NCBI GenBank assembly: GCA_030265395.1
Contig: JARFYF010000094.1
Location: forward strand, 70,950,866 to 71,014,865
Length of the DNA stretch: 64,000 bases
Source: Rhina ancylostomus
Lineage: Eukaryota
Reading direction: 5' to 3'
The position numbers and the translations under genes were made by a program. The notes beneath the pieces were generated by a model. The model worked only from the letters and a program-made list of their open reading frames with translations. It did not search any database and was not told the origin of the DNA. Of this stretch, positions 39,055 through 52,100 are shown piece by piece (the first letter of the stretch is position 1; each line of letters starts with the position of its first letter).

Positions 39055-39560
39055 ATTTGAAGAGATTTGGTGTGCCACCAAAGACCCTTGCAAATTTCTA
39101 CAGATGTATGGTGGAGAGCATTCTGATTGGTTGCATCACCGCCTGGTATGGAGGCTCCAATGGGCAGGATTGAAAGAGGCTATAGAGGGTTGTAGACTCA
39201 ACCAGCTCCAACTCTCCTCACCATTGACGACATCTTCAAGAGACTATGCCTCAAGAAGGCAGCATCCATCATTAAGGACCCTCACCACCTGGGACATGCC
39301 CTCTTCACATTGTTACCATCGGGGAGGTGGTACAGGAGCCTGAAGACCCACACTCGATGTTTCAGGAACAGCTTCTTCCCCTCCACCATCATTTTCTGAA
39401 TGGTCTATGAACCCATAAACATCACCTTGTTATTCGTCTGTTCTATTATTTATTTATTTTGTGACTTAACGGCGATTTTTAAGTTTTGCACTGTACTGCT
39501 ACCACAAAACAACAAATTTCATGACATGTGTCAGTGATAATAAACCTATTCTAATTCTGA
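39055..39560 (+). mobile_element. Rex1-type LINE 3' portion
   Basis: NFYRCMVESILIGCITAWYG…CLKKAASIIKDPHHLGHALFTLLPSGRWYRSL; AATAAA plus ATTCT-type tail. Confidence 0.85.
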
Positions 39561-40221
39561 AATATTGCTGGGGAAAATATTCACCTATCCCAGTCCTGGT
39601 TATGGAAATAAATTCAATCCAACTCAACGTTAAGCACATATTTATAACGAGTGAAGGTTAAATATTTGGGTCTGTTCATTTCAAACTCACTTTATGATGA
39701 AAGTGAAGGAAAAATCACCTGATTACTATCTCCTGCCACTGGCCAGAGCCTCCAACAGGAAGAATGCTATTTGAGTGATTCACAAGAACTCAGCTGTCAT
39801 CTGTGGAACAATGCCCATTACAAATCAATGGCTTGAGAAAAGAAAGGGCAGAATAAATTAGAGCTCAAAAGAAACCATTTTAACATGAGTCCGTTTGTAA
39901 AATTGGGTGACACTGTAATTTTTGAAAGAAACCCACCCATTCATGAGACCGTTGAAATGTGAGACATCCGCTTACCCACCCTTTGTTACTCACAAAGCTG
40001 TGAAGTATGTTAACATTTTAACAAAGGAGATAGTCAATTCTAACTCCTGGTGCCTGGCACAGTTGTTGTGAAAGTGGTCCAAAAATGGTCATATATCAAC
40101 CGGCCCACTCTACCCCTCCAGCTCATGTATATCATTTGGGGTTCCCAGATGGGAGGAAACAAGACAAGCAGACTAGTCTTGAGGTAAAATGGGCAAAGCA
40201 CCTACCACATCATTTTGTACC

Positions 40222-41165
40222 AGTACTGGTACTGGTATTGGTATTGGTATTGGTTTATTATTGTCACTTTTACCGAGATAAAGTGAAAAACTTGTTTCGT
40301 ATACTGTTTGTACAGATCAATTCATTACACAGTGCATTGAGGTAGTACAGGGTAAAAACAATAACAGAATACAGAGTNNNNNNNNNNNNNNNNNNNNNNN
40401 NNNNNNNNNNNNNNNNNNNNNNNNNNNNNNNNNNNNNNNNNNNNNNNNNNNNNNNNNNNNNNNNNNNNNNNNNNNNNNNNNNNNNNNNNNNNNNNNNNNN
40501 NNNNNNNNNNNNNNNNNNNNNNNNNNNNNNNNNNNNNNNNNNNNNNNNNNNNNNNNNNNNNNNNNNNNNNNNNNNNNNNNNNNNNNNNNNNNNNNNNNNN
40601 NNNNNNNNNNNNNNNNNNNNNNNNNNNNNNNNNNNNNNNNNNNNNNNNNNNNNNNNNNNNNNNNNNNNNNNNNNNNNNNNNNNNNNNNNNNNNNNNNNNN
40701 NNNNNNNNNNNNNNNNNNNNNNNNNNNNNNNNNNNNNNNNNNNNNNNNNNNNNNNNNNNNNNNNNNNNNNNNNNNNNNNNNNNNNNNNNNNNNNNNNNNN
40801 NNNNNNNNNNNNNNNNNNNNNNNNNNNNNNNNNNNNNNNNNNNNNNNNNNNNNNNNNNNNNNNNNNNNNNNNNNNNNNNNNNNNNNNNNNNNNNNNNNNN
40901 NNNNNNNNNNNNNNNNNNNNNNNNACTTGAAGCTCTCAACCCTCTTGACCTCAGCACCATTGATGTAGGCAGGTGCATGTACACTGCCCCCTTTCCTGAA
41001 GACAATGACCAGCTCTTTTGTTTTGTTGTCATTGACGGAAAGGTTGTTGTCATGACACTATGCCACTAAGCTCTCATTCTCCTTCCTGCACCCCGACTCA
41101 TCGTTGTTTGAGATACGGCCTACCTCGGTGGTATCATCTGCAAACTTGTAAATAGAGTTAGAGCA
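40222..41165 (-). mobile_element. Rex1-type LINE (RT C-terminal part to 3' tail) spanning a gap
   Basis: Minus translation KFADDTTEVGRISNNDES…NNLSVNDNKTKELVIVFRK; (ACCAAT)n tail at 40222-40255. Confidence 0.85.
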
Positions 41166-41639
41166 GTAATAGAAATAATAATATTAATTAATGATGGGTG
41201 CAGTATATATTCCATGAGTTTACTTATGGGTAGTGTTAGGATGCTTATTCAACCAATTGAAAGAATTACAGCAAATGAATATACAGTGATATGATATGGG
41301 TAGCAAAAGAAAATGGACATTTCTGACTTATAGAGCAATCAGTTTACTGACGGTTCTCAGGAACAGAAATCTTACATAACCTGGGGACTGCCTATATTAG
41401 TAGTGGGATGGATTATAGTAGCCTTTGATTGGAATAGGCAAACCAAAAAAGAGAACGGGCTCGTTGTTTCCTTTATGATTTGATGGTCATCTTCACTGTG
41501 GGAGTTCCCAACAGTGCCTCAAAAAAGGACTGTTCTTTCATTTAAACTTCAGCCCTCCTTCTTGGTCCTGATCACATCTGTCAAGGCATGTATGTGTGTT
41601 TAAATCTTGCAGCAATGATGCCAAACATATTGCATGCAA

Positions 41640-41840
41640 AAAAAAAACAAACTACTGGACGACATCAGTAGGTTGAGCAGCATCTATTGTCAAAGTTTTG
41701 GTTCAAGACCCTACATCAGTCCCTTCGACTCGAAATGTCTTTCCCCACCTCTCTCCTCCCAGATGCTGCTTGACCTGCTGAGTTCCTCCAGCAGTTTGGT
41801 TTTTGCTCCAGTTTGCATCATCTGCAGTCTCTTATGCCTT
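41640..41840. mobile_element. Head-to-head inverted pair of Penelope-type repeats
   Basis: aaactactggacgacatcagtaggttgagcagcatct (minus copy) is complementary to agatgctgcttgacctgctgagttcctccagcagttt (plus copy). Confidence 0.65.
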
Positions 41841-42884
41841 CATATATTGCATGCAGATTGACACCACTGTTGCTTGACCAGTAATCAGCATGCATGTACA
41901 TGTCACACAGATAGAGGGGACTGTAGTGGCATTTTGCTGACACGAATAACATGGATTAAATATCATAAACCTGTTTATTCTGTAAAGGAAAGCAACTCAA
42001 AACCATGTGATTGGTATTTTGGAAAGTCAGTACACTTTTAATGATTACTGCCAAACAGTTATTCTGCCACTGAAAATTAATTATTTGAGTATCGTCTTTT
42101 GTAGTCCTTGCTGTTGTGACTGACTAAACTGAGTCACCAGAGAGATACTGAAGCTGGTGATATAGAAGTCTCTATTCAACACAACAGATCTTCTGGAGAG
42201 AATCTAGTTCTCCCCTCCTGTCACAATGTTTTACCCTTTTTACACAAAGACAACAATGAACAATTAACTACAGTTTTAATGGCTGTAATCACCTACTTAG
42301 CTTAAACATTTTGAACATAGGTAATTTTGCAGAATTATATACTTACCACAGGAGCACTTCCCAACCTACAAAACCGCTTTGAATATTCAAATACTGGTGG
42401 TGGCTGATCGCTAACCTTATGAGTACAAAGTCCAGGCATGGAAATTTTACTTTTGTTACAGTGTTGAGGGATGGCTCCCTGAACATACAACCAGCCAGAA
42501 TATTAAGTGACAAGGCAGACCTGTCCTGAACTGTGCATTAAGTGGCAGGGATATGTCTTCAACTGTGTGTTAATACAGCAGATGGTCACTTAATGCCTTC
42601 CCTGATCTCACCCTGAAGTTTTCAACGATCACCAATTAACATGAACATTCATCTATTGTCTTCCCAGTGTAATTTTAATAGGACAGACTCAGAATGTCCC
42701 ACACCCAATGATTGGTTTCAATAGCCTAAAAGTTTTAGTTGAATTTAAATTGTGAACAGGTTTTATTTCCTGAAGCCTGGTTCTCACTTTCACTTTATAT
42801 TTCACACATCTCTGGTTTTGGCGATACCCCGTTAGATCCCTAAGATGCCCTGTTTCCCTCACTGTGCTCATAGTTGAAGCAATT

Positions 42885-43180
42885 GCTGGTAGTGTAGCGG
42901 TTAGCATAATACTATTACAGTGCTAGCGACCTGCGTTCATTTCCGGCCACTGTCTGTAAGGAGTATGTACGTTCTCCCCATGTCTGCGTGTGTTTCCTCC
43001 AGGTGCTCTGGTTTCCAACCATATTCCAAAGATGTACAGGTTAGAAAGTTGCGGGCATGCTATGTTGACATAGGAAGCATGGTGATACTTGTAGGCTGCC
43101 CCCAGAACAATCTACGCAAAAGATCACTGTGTGATCACTGTGTGTTTCGATGTACATGTGACTAATAAAGATATCTTATG
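42885..43180 (+). mobile_element. tRNA-derived V-SINE with LINE-derived tail
   Basis: A-box-like ggtagtgtagcggttagc, V-domain gtctgtaaggagtatgtacgttctcccc, tail gtacatgtgactaataaagatatc. Confidence 0.75.
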
Positions 43181-43711
43181 TCAAATCAATCTGGACTGAA
43201 GGACACTATTTCCTTTAGGTAATACTTTTAAAATGGGTGAAGATTTATGTATCACATTTACTGTGTAATATATATGTGTTATATGTAATTTTAGTCCATG
43301 GACAATAATTGTTCCTTTAATGATGTCACCACCTTAAGGATTGTTTCATGTGACTAACTGCTTCTAGGATTGCAATAGTATTTGAGGATAGAAACTTCCA
43401 GAAGGAGGCTGTTTGAAAGATGAAACTATAAGGATGTCCACCGGCTCTGTAAGCTGTTTCATGAATATACCACCTATATTGATAATTTGTTATTTGCTAT
43501 TTCCAGTGTACTAGAGATTGAATAAGAGAGATACTGAGGTGTGATTTTAGAACTACCAGTTGATATAACTATGTAATTACATGCTATGCCTGAATCAGAG
43601 GAATGACCCCTGAGTTCAATCTTTCCCAAATGCAGCAAACAGAGAGATAATGAATTGTACAATTCAACTGAGAGAGTCAGCAATGGACCAGACAAAGCCA
43701 CACTAGATCAA

Positions 43712-44290
43712 TACACAAAAGTGCTGGAGGAACTCAGCAGGTCAGGCAGCATCCATGGAGGGAAATAAACAGTCAATGTTTCGGGCTGAGACCNNNNNNN
43801 NNNNNNNNNNNNNNNNNNNNNNNNNNNNNNNNNNNNNNNNNNNNNNNNNNNNNNNNNNNNNNNNNNNNNNNNNNNNNNNNNNNNNNNNNNNNNNNNNNNN
43901 NNNNNNNNNNNNNNNNNNNNNNNNNNNNNNNNNNNNNNNNNNNNNNNNNNNNNNNNNNNNNNNNNNNNNNNNNNNNNNNNNNNNNNNNNNNNNNNNNNNN
44001 NNNNNNNNNNNNNNNNNNNNNNNNNNNNNNNNNNNNNNNNNNNNNNNNNNNNNNNNNNNNNCTGGAGGAACTCAGCAGGTCAGGCAGCATCCATGGAGGG
44101 AAATAAACAGTCAATGTTTCGGGCTGAGACCCTTTATCAGGACTGGAAAGGAAGAGGGCAGAAGCCAGAATAAGAAGATGGGGGGAGGGGGAGGAGCACA
44201 TGCAGGCAGGGGATAGGTGAGTTCAGGTGATAGGCAAGTCCAGGTGAGAGGGGGAAGGTAGGTGGGAGGGGGAGGGGGACAAGCCACACT
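43712..44290 (-). mobile_element. Penelope-type repeat with hammerhead motif (spans a gap)
   Basis: Minus 44145-44108: CAGTC-CTGATAA-A-GGGTCTCAGCCC-GAAAC-ATT-GACTG, preceded by a C/T-rich segment and followed by gatgctgcctgacctgctgagttcctccag. Confidence 0.7.
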
Positions 44291-44439
44291 AGATGATGGG
44301 ATTCCAGGCAAGTAACCTGTCCAAAGAACGGAGAGGATAAAAGAAAGAGTTTATACATTGAGCTGGTTATGGCAGATAAACCAGAGCAAAGGAAAGTAAA
44401 GATGTTATTGTATCTCACTGGCCACAAGGGAAGACAATA

Positions 44440-46700
44440 GTACCTACTAGAAATACTTTAGCTTCATTCAAACACATAAGAACTCACTGGAAATGCAACA
44501 GTTCACCATTAGCAATTGTTTACATGCAAACATGAGTACAGAGAATCAGTTGGTACTTTCCTAATGGAGTTAAGATTGTTAAAATAATCACAGTTTTACA
44601 GAAATGAACGTTCTAATTGTCAGAGATCAGATTACTTATGGTACCAAGCTTTTCAGTCTGAAGGAAGAGTAACTAAGCAAGACAGAGTTAACTCTAAGAA
44701 AGTGGATACAGATACACAATGCTGTAGAGCTATTCAAAGCCAGGCCAGAAATGTTGAATGGCCACAGCAGGAAATACAGGAAATGAAACGTCAAACAAAA
44801 GGCTAGAAAGGGAAGGTACTGACAATCTTGCTTAGGTGTTTCAGAAGTTGTGGATAGTAACAAGAGTGTGAATGAAATGCTGTGTGCAATAAGGCACATG
44901 ATGTGGATCAGAAAATCATTTCTATAAGCATTACATAATAAAGAGGCATCAGTAGTAAATGGATGGTTGAGATGAGCCATGCAGAGAAGAGCCTGAATTT
45001 GATTTAGTGTATGACACACACAGTGTGAAGCAGGTCATTTCTGTGGAAGGAACATCCAGCTGATGTAACCATACCAAGATGTTGATCCAACATGACTCTG
45101 GAGCAGCGTGTAATATCCTCCTGAAGCAAGCTGTCAATCTTGAGGCAGTTGAATATAACAACTCAGGCTATTGATGCACAATAGGATTATGCTGAAGCCA
45201 GCTGGATATACTCTCTGAAATAGTAAACAAAAGCACAAGAGAGAGCTGATGTGGATTTCATTGTAGCATCCTGAAGCAATGTGATACCTTGCTTGCAAAT
45301 GGTACAGTACAGCAAATGGGACTGATAAAGGCACACCAAGACAGCATTGTGAAGGTTGCCTCAGCATAGTAAATCACTTCACCCATACATTTCACAGATG
45401 GATATAATGATGTCTCTCACAGAACAGGGAAACTAGTCAGAAAACACCATCTGCTCCCGCAAAAGCATGTTCCAATGGCTCTCAAGGCAAAAGGCAAAAC
45501 TAAGGCAGAAGTAATAGGCTTTTACCCCTGGTATCTTGTTTGGTGCTTGTTGATAAATCAAGTACCAAGTTGAGAATCTGCCTGGACTAAGAGATGTTAA
45601 AGCAGTTCTGAGGAGGAGAAACTATGCTATGATGGAAAATATTTCAGCAAACCTGAATAGAACAAATATTTTCAGCATGTGGGTTGCAAATAATGGATTC
45701 TTGATGAGGCGAGTTCACAAACAGCTTGCTTCAATGTGCCCTTCATTAGATACCTTTGGAGAAGACAGCCATAGAAGTGAAGCTGTCAGTAAAGGTCATA
45801 GCCAATGGTGTGCTGATCTTAAGAAGAGGCAGTATAGGAGGGTTAGATCATGGCTGAAAGATGAGTTCCCTGATGAAGAGGTGAGTGGAGAAGCAACTAA
45901 AGCTGAACAAGCAAAAGTTGAGTCAAAATGAAGGAGGTGTCTTTCATAAGTCATTTGATCATCAGAAGCCAAAAGGTCGAAGTAATAAAGGAGATGCTGA
46001 GCTCAATTGATGTTGCAGGACTACGGCCCTCTCTAGGGATTGTCAGCTACCTGATCATGTTCCTGCCCTGAATGAGATGTATGAATCATCCAGAGAGCCC
46101 ACCAAGAAATGAGATGGTTATGGGGAATACCAATGAACAAGTGATCACATGGATCAGGGAGACAGTCACAGCAGAGTCATGGTGCAATACTTCAATATTA
46201 AGAAGGAGGTTGGGATTTAAGCAAATGCTTCATAAAAGGAGCTTAGAGCTATGACCTTGCAGGAGGTTCAACCATATACAAACAAAGCTCCGATAGATGA
46301 AAAGGTGAGTGGGAGTGGAGATGTTATTGTTCATACTTTGGTCACATCCAGGAGTCACACCCTTCTACTGAATAAAATTGAAATAATGTGAATTAAAAGT
46401 AAAAATTTGATTAAAACAATTCAGCGTGGCATCGTAATGACAATTGCCCTGAAGCCACATTTAAGTGAGCTTTTGGGCATGCTTACCCTAACTAATCAGC
46501 ATGGAAATTGAACCATTTGCAGAACTTCCAAGACTCAGATTTAGTCACTACATGTATGATAAAATATTGACCTGAATGTTACTTACCAGAGCCAGCAATG
46601 TCAATCATCACCACTTATCCTGAATCTTGTGCTAAGCATTACATACAATTCATCACAAAGGCACAATGTGGCATTCCATCATAACTGAGCAGCTACATGA
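44440..46700 (+). mobile_element. Fossil Ty3/Gypsy LTR retrotransposon internal region (gag-PR-RT-IN remnants)
   Basis: gag-like ESVGTF…RDQITYG; protease DSGAACNIL at 45094-45120; RT LVLVDKSSTKLRICLD…ENISANLNRTNIFSMWVANNGF; weak integrase-like remnants near 46260-46590; many stops and deletions. Confidence 0.7.
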
Positions 46701-49214
46701 ACAAAAGATATTTGAAAATATATATTTACAAGTATATGTTCACAAATTATGACCATGCTCACTTTCATTAAAAAACCTCTTGAAAACAAATCAGGCAAGG
46801 TGCTCCATTAATACTGAAAAAACATCAGTCCAATCCAGTTAAGTTCAAAGCCAAAATAGTTTATATACATATTGCATCTATATAGATTCAAAACAAACTA
46901 GACTACCTGCTTGCTATGGGAGACACAAACTCAGGGATGTTCACAAATAATCACCAACCTCCACTTTCACTATTCTGTAATTATGCCAACTTTACTCAAT
47001 AAGCTTCCACCATTGTCAGTGGATGTCCAGACACCACTGATATTCCAACCAAAATGAAGCCAAAGAAAATATATTTCCTTCCTAGCCAAAAATCAATCAT
47101 TTTCATGCTACCTTGAATGGGAAATGTAAATTGCAATGTAGTGATCTCAGCAATCCAACACTAGAAGATTTCAATCGCACAATTACCTGCTTTAATACAG
47201 AAGTCTTCATTTAGAGCAAAGCAGTCACTTAACTGACAGCTGAGCTATATTCACCACTACCCTCCCCCACCCACATTTTCTGGAATGATAGAGCCAAAAA
47301 TAAAACTACCTTCCAGGTGGAGCTGATTCTGAGCATTCACCAGGTTCAAAAATTGACAATGTAAAAGCCTTATTTAATGTAAATTATTGCTTGTCCATTT
47401 GTTCAATAAGCCCTTCCAGAATCAAATATCCCACCACAATTTGCCTCCTCTCCCATCATACTCATTAAGTAAAGATCTCTTAAGAAGAAAATACATTGTA
47501 AGGAAAAACATCAAAGTTAAAATCTTCAAGCCCTCACCACTTAGGATTACTCTCTGCGGTAAACGAGTTATTCAAACCATATCTGAGGCTCCTTAAAGGC
47601 ATTTAGCGCTTGAATCTTTTTTTACAATTGGTTGATGATTCCTAAGCCCTGAACCAAATAGTAAACCTGTTTCCAATTAAATCATCATCTAAAATATATA
47701 AAAAAAGGCAACAAACTTAGCTAAGCTGAAACAGAAGCTAAAGGAGTCGTGGGAAGGCATTCCTGAATTCTTCACATGGAGCTGATGAGACCTGTGAAGA
47801 AACAGCTGCAGGAGGTTATCTGAAACTGAAGATGCACCACCATCAACTGATTTGTGAGAGATATTTGGTCCAAATACCTAAATATAAGAATAAATTGTTT
47901 GGTAATATATGAAGTAATTTCCATATTTTTCCCTAAATCTCTTGGGAAAATAACGCAATCGTGAATAGTCAAATAATTACAGATCCATGAATGCTAAGGT
48001 AATTATGGTATTTTACCTGATGTAATCAGGATGCTCATGTTTTTGAAGCGATACACAGTATGCCAAGATACATACTGAATTGTAACATAGAGATACAGAA
48101 CCAAATGACCCTCCTGCTTCTATTTCATATGTTCATTCAAAATGGAAATACACTAAATGCTGGAAATCTGAATCTGTGGAGAGAGCAGCTGATAATGCCC
48201 TGTTGCATAATGTGTTAGGTTATTATTAGGGTATTATGTGTTACGGTATCTTTAGTTATCCTGGTGTTATGTGCAAATTACAATATTATCGTTGGTACAA
48301 TAACTTTGATGGTATGATGGTTATATTTGCTCAGGCTTCATAATGATCAGACACCTATTCTAATCACAGTAGATACAGGCAAAGAAGGCTATTTGTTCTG
48401 TCTTACATCAGTCAGTTTGGTCCAGCACCATTTTGATGTACACAATTTAATTTGAAATGATGTTGCCACTTCACAAGATAAGGGAGCAGAAGAAGGCCAT
48501 TCGGCCCATCGAGCCTGCTCCAGTCATATGAATTTCTCTCATGGTTTCCTCCTTCTCAGGCCAATAAGCCCAAATTTCTCAAGCCTCCCCTTGTCATGTG
48601 GTGTTCTGATACTATAGTTCAGTCTCAAGCCTCTTCTCTGTATTTATTCCTGGGTTCAATTGTCTTCTTAATTTTTGGCAACCCAGCAAAGTTTAGCATT
48701 AGCTTCAGCATTACTTCGATCCAGTGACACTTGGTGGAGAGGATGCACATCTGTACAATGCAGAAGAAAAGATCAGGCTCTGATTTGATGCTCTCCACAG
48801 TTCCTGCTACAACCCCACCGTCTAAGATTACTCATACATACTTCAATGAACAACTGAAGGGCCACCTGTACCCATGAAGTTTACCTGAGCAAGAGTCAAC
48901 ATCTTCTAAGGAGAAAACAGCAAGAAAGGAAGAGGATTTATTACTGGTTGTCCGAAACCAAAGGAAATTATATTAATCCTGGATTAGGATTTTTAGGTTG
49001 TGTGACCTTGCTAATTTATTCACTAGTTTAGTGTGATTCTCACAGAATTTGACTACTATTGCACTTTTTTTTGGGAACTTCATGAAATGATGATTAAACT
49101 TCTGGTAGTTAATTCTCCATCATATTATGTACAAGATTTAGTATTTCTGTTTGGTGAAGTCTGTTATTGTAACTGCCCTACTGTGCAACCATCAGCAATT
49201 TACCACTAATCAAA

Positions 49215-49365
49215 AAACAAAGAACTTCAGATGCTTGCCATCTGAAATAAAAACAGATAGTGCTGGAAACACTCAGCAGATCGGGCAGTATCTGTGAAGG
49301 GTCTCTCAAAGCCTCTGTCTCTCTGCCCACAAATGCTGCCTGACCTGTTGAGTATTTTCGACAAC
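49215..49365. mobile_element. Head-to-head inverted pair of Penelope-type repeats
   Basis: gctggaaacactcagcagatcgggcagtatctgtg is complementary to cacaaatgctgcctgacctgttgagtattttc. Confidence 0.6.
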
Positions 49366-50959
49366 TGAACCTTCTTGTTCTGAGGTGCACAATATTTCTT
49401 GTGCAGGTGAACAGATTGAAAACACTTCTGAGAACGGGCATGTGATCTGTTTCATTTTAACTGTATATAAATGATTAAGTACTGATAATTTTAATCACAT
49501 TTATGAAGACACAAACGCGCAAAATAGCAGCTGAGTTTTTGTTCAGACTGCTACCAAACAATGTTAATAATATTTTCCTTTTTTTAAATATATGGAATTA
49601 TGCTTGCTATTTTTCTGTGTTTGGCATCTGAATATGTTTGAAGTGCTTTACAGTCCTATTAGTCCTGGCAATGCTGTAACAGGCATAACCAGAGGATTAT
49701 TGGCTTACCGCCTGCTGTTAATGTTTATTTCTATACCAAAACAAGCCTATCGCCTCCAAGTTCACACATGGGTCAAGAGACCATAATGTTCCATAAAACG
49801 GGCAGCATGAAGCTCTCAGCTGGCAACAGAGCAGTTTCTGGGTGGTAGACAGTAAGATGGTTGCTGATTGTCTGATAATAAAGATATTAACAAATCTTAA
49901 AAATTAAACCAATTAAATTTAAATCTGACAATAGAGAGACACCTAACCCCAAGGCTTGTGAAAAGGCCTATCAACAAATGCACTTTCATCTTAATAAAAT
50001 AACTTTTGCAGATGTTGTTCAGGAAAGTGATCTGTAAGTTCGAGGTAGCCATTTTGAATGTAGATTCCCGCGCCCACGGCCCCCCACAACCCGCAAACTT
50101 TATTTGCACACTTCTGAGATGAAAAAAATGGCTGCCAAATACTCTGTTCCTGACCAAATTTTGGATGGCTGGTGGTCATTTGTTTTTTTTTATATAGAGA
50201 GTTCAATTGGACCTGTACCAAGTGGAGGGAGTGGGACATCGGAGCTTGGTCCTAAAGTATGGTCCATGAGTGCGGAGTGGGGAATATCAGCACAGTGATG
50301 GATGGCTGGAAGGATCAGAAAGGGAGGAGGAGGGGCATAAGGGCTTTAGAATCGGGGAAATCGTAGTGTCATGGGAGTAAAAACCAAAAGATGAAGAGGC
50401 AATATTCAAAAGATGTAAGATAACTAATTAACTGACCTACACTGCAGATGTCCCAGTCCAAAACTGTGCTGGGAAGACATGGTTGCCCTTGAAGCACTCA
50501 GTGGTCATTATTGACTGGGACAAAGTGGTCCAAATTCCCCTGCAATGTTTCAAGAGGAGCATTGGATGGGGAAAGATACTTTCAAAAGCATCCTTGATAT
50601 GGAAATCACATCAGGGGCATGGGGTGGACTATGTTCAGAGGTGCCTGGTCAAATTGCCAGAGGACTCCAAACAGTACATAAATGACCATTATTGTATTTA
50701 ACCAAGAAAAAAAACTGATACAGCTTAAGGCAAGCTTTGTATGATTATTTCCAGACAGCTGTTCCAACTTCGCAGTAGCCTTAAGCTGGAGAGTATATTG
50801 AAATGAGGCCCAGAAATTAAAATGGCTCAGGCCCCTCACACTTGCACTATTAGCTCATTTTCAATGCTTGGTTTGAGTGAAAATGTGATTTTCATTTACA
50901 CAATATAACAATTGGCTTCTTCCCTGAATAATGTCTCATAGTTGCAGTATGTTCATTTT

Positions 50960-52100
50960 TGCTATTCATCTTTGAAATATGCATATCACTGGCAGGGCCA
51001 TTTATTGCCCATCCTTAATTGCCCTAGAGAAAGTGATGGTGAGTGGCCTTCTTAAACTGCTGCAACCCCTCTTGTGAAGATTATCCTACATTATTGGTGA
51101 GCAGAAGGTTAAAAGATTTAGACCTGGCAACGGTAAAGGAACAATAATATACTTCCATTTCAGAATGGTGTATGACTTGGAAGGCAACCTGCAGGTGAGT
51201 GTTCCCATGTATTCACTGAATACTAGTTGTGTAGCAAGCCAATTTTTATGATGATGGTTTTTATTGCCAATCAAATGGACAATGATATTCTGGGTGGTCT
51301 TGAGCTTCTTGGGTTTTGTTGACTTACTGGTAATGTTAGAGTGAAAAGCAACACATGCATGAGGTTACAGGTTGTTGTGGTATTCTGCTGCTGTTGATGG
51401 TCAATGGTGCCCCATGAATGCCTATTTATGGGCATGAATGCCCATCTTGAACTCAAAACAAAATCATTCTTGCATGATTGTATTACCATGTAACACTAAG
51501 GAGGATGTCCTTGGTTTTGAGGTATGGCTTTCCCTACAAGGTCACTCCAACTGATGCTGTTAGGGGCAGGTGCATTTGGCACAGGTGAGCATGAAGTCAA
51601 GTAGATTTAACCGTCATATTGGTTCACTCACCACCTGCTGCAGTTTCGTATTGGCAACAGATCCTTCAGCATTCAGCTCGTTTAGACCTTAGTGGTGCCA
51701 ACAACCTAGTCTTGATGATGTTCCTGCTGCCCCCAGCAGAATGCATTTTGTGCCCTTGCTGCTCTTAGTGATTATTCAAGTGTTGAAACATATGAAGAAG
51801 CAGTGATTCATCCACAGAGGCAGGATCTGAGGTGGTTTTCAGGAGGGGTTTCCCTTGCCCATATTAGACCTGATGACACAGAATCAGAATGAAAGACCTC
51901 CACCTCTGGTGGGCCTGTCTGCTGGTTGTGCAGGATGTACATGGAGACTGATGGAGAAATCTGGTGTGTTGTTTGTAAGGTAGAATGTGGGACACCTTGC
52001 CCAACTTAGACAACTGTCTCCAAATGTTTATGAGGAAGGCTTTGCAAGATCAATAATTGCCAGATCAGATCCACATGGTTTTGTTATTACTGTGTTTCAA
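50960..52100 (-). mobile_element. Internally deleted, decayed non-LTR retrotransposon (CR1/L2 group)
   Basis: 3' end catttattgcccatccttaattgccctagagaaagtgatggtgag (same end occurs on plus at ~7180-7265), with endonuclease-like remnants further right. Confidence 0.6.

Noticed and set aside
47780-47812. CTGATGA…GAAAC resembling a hammerhead core
   Set aside because: No stem II pairing and no valid cleavage triplet
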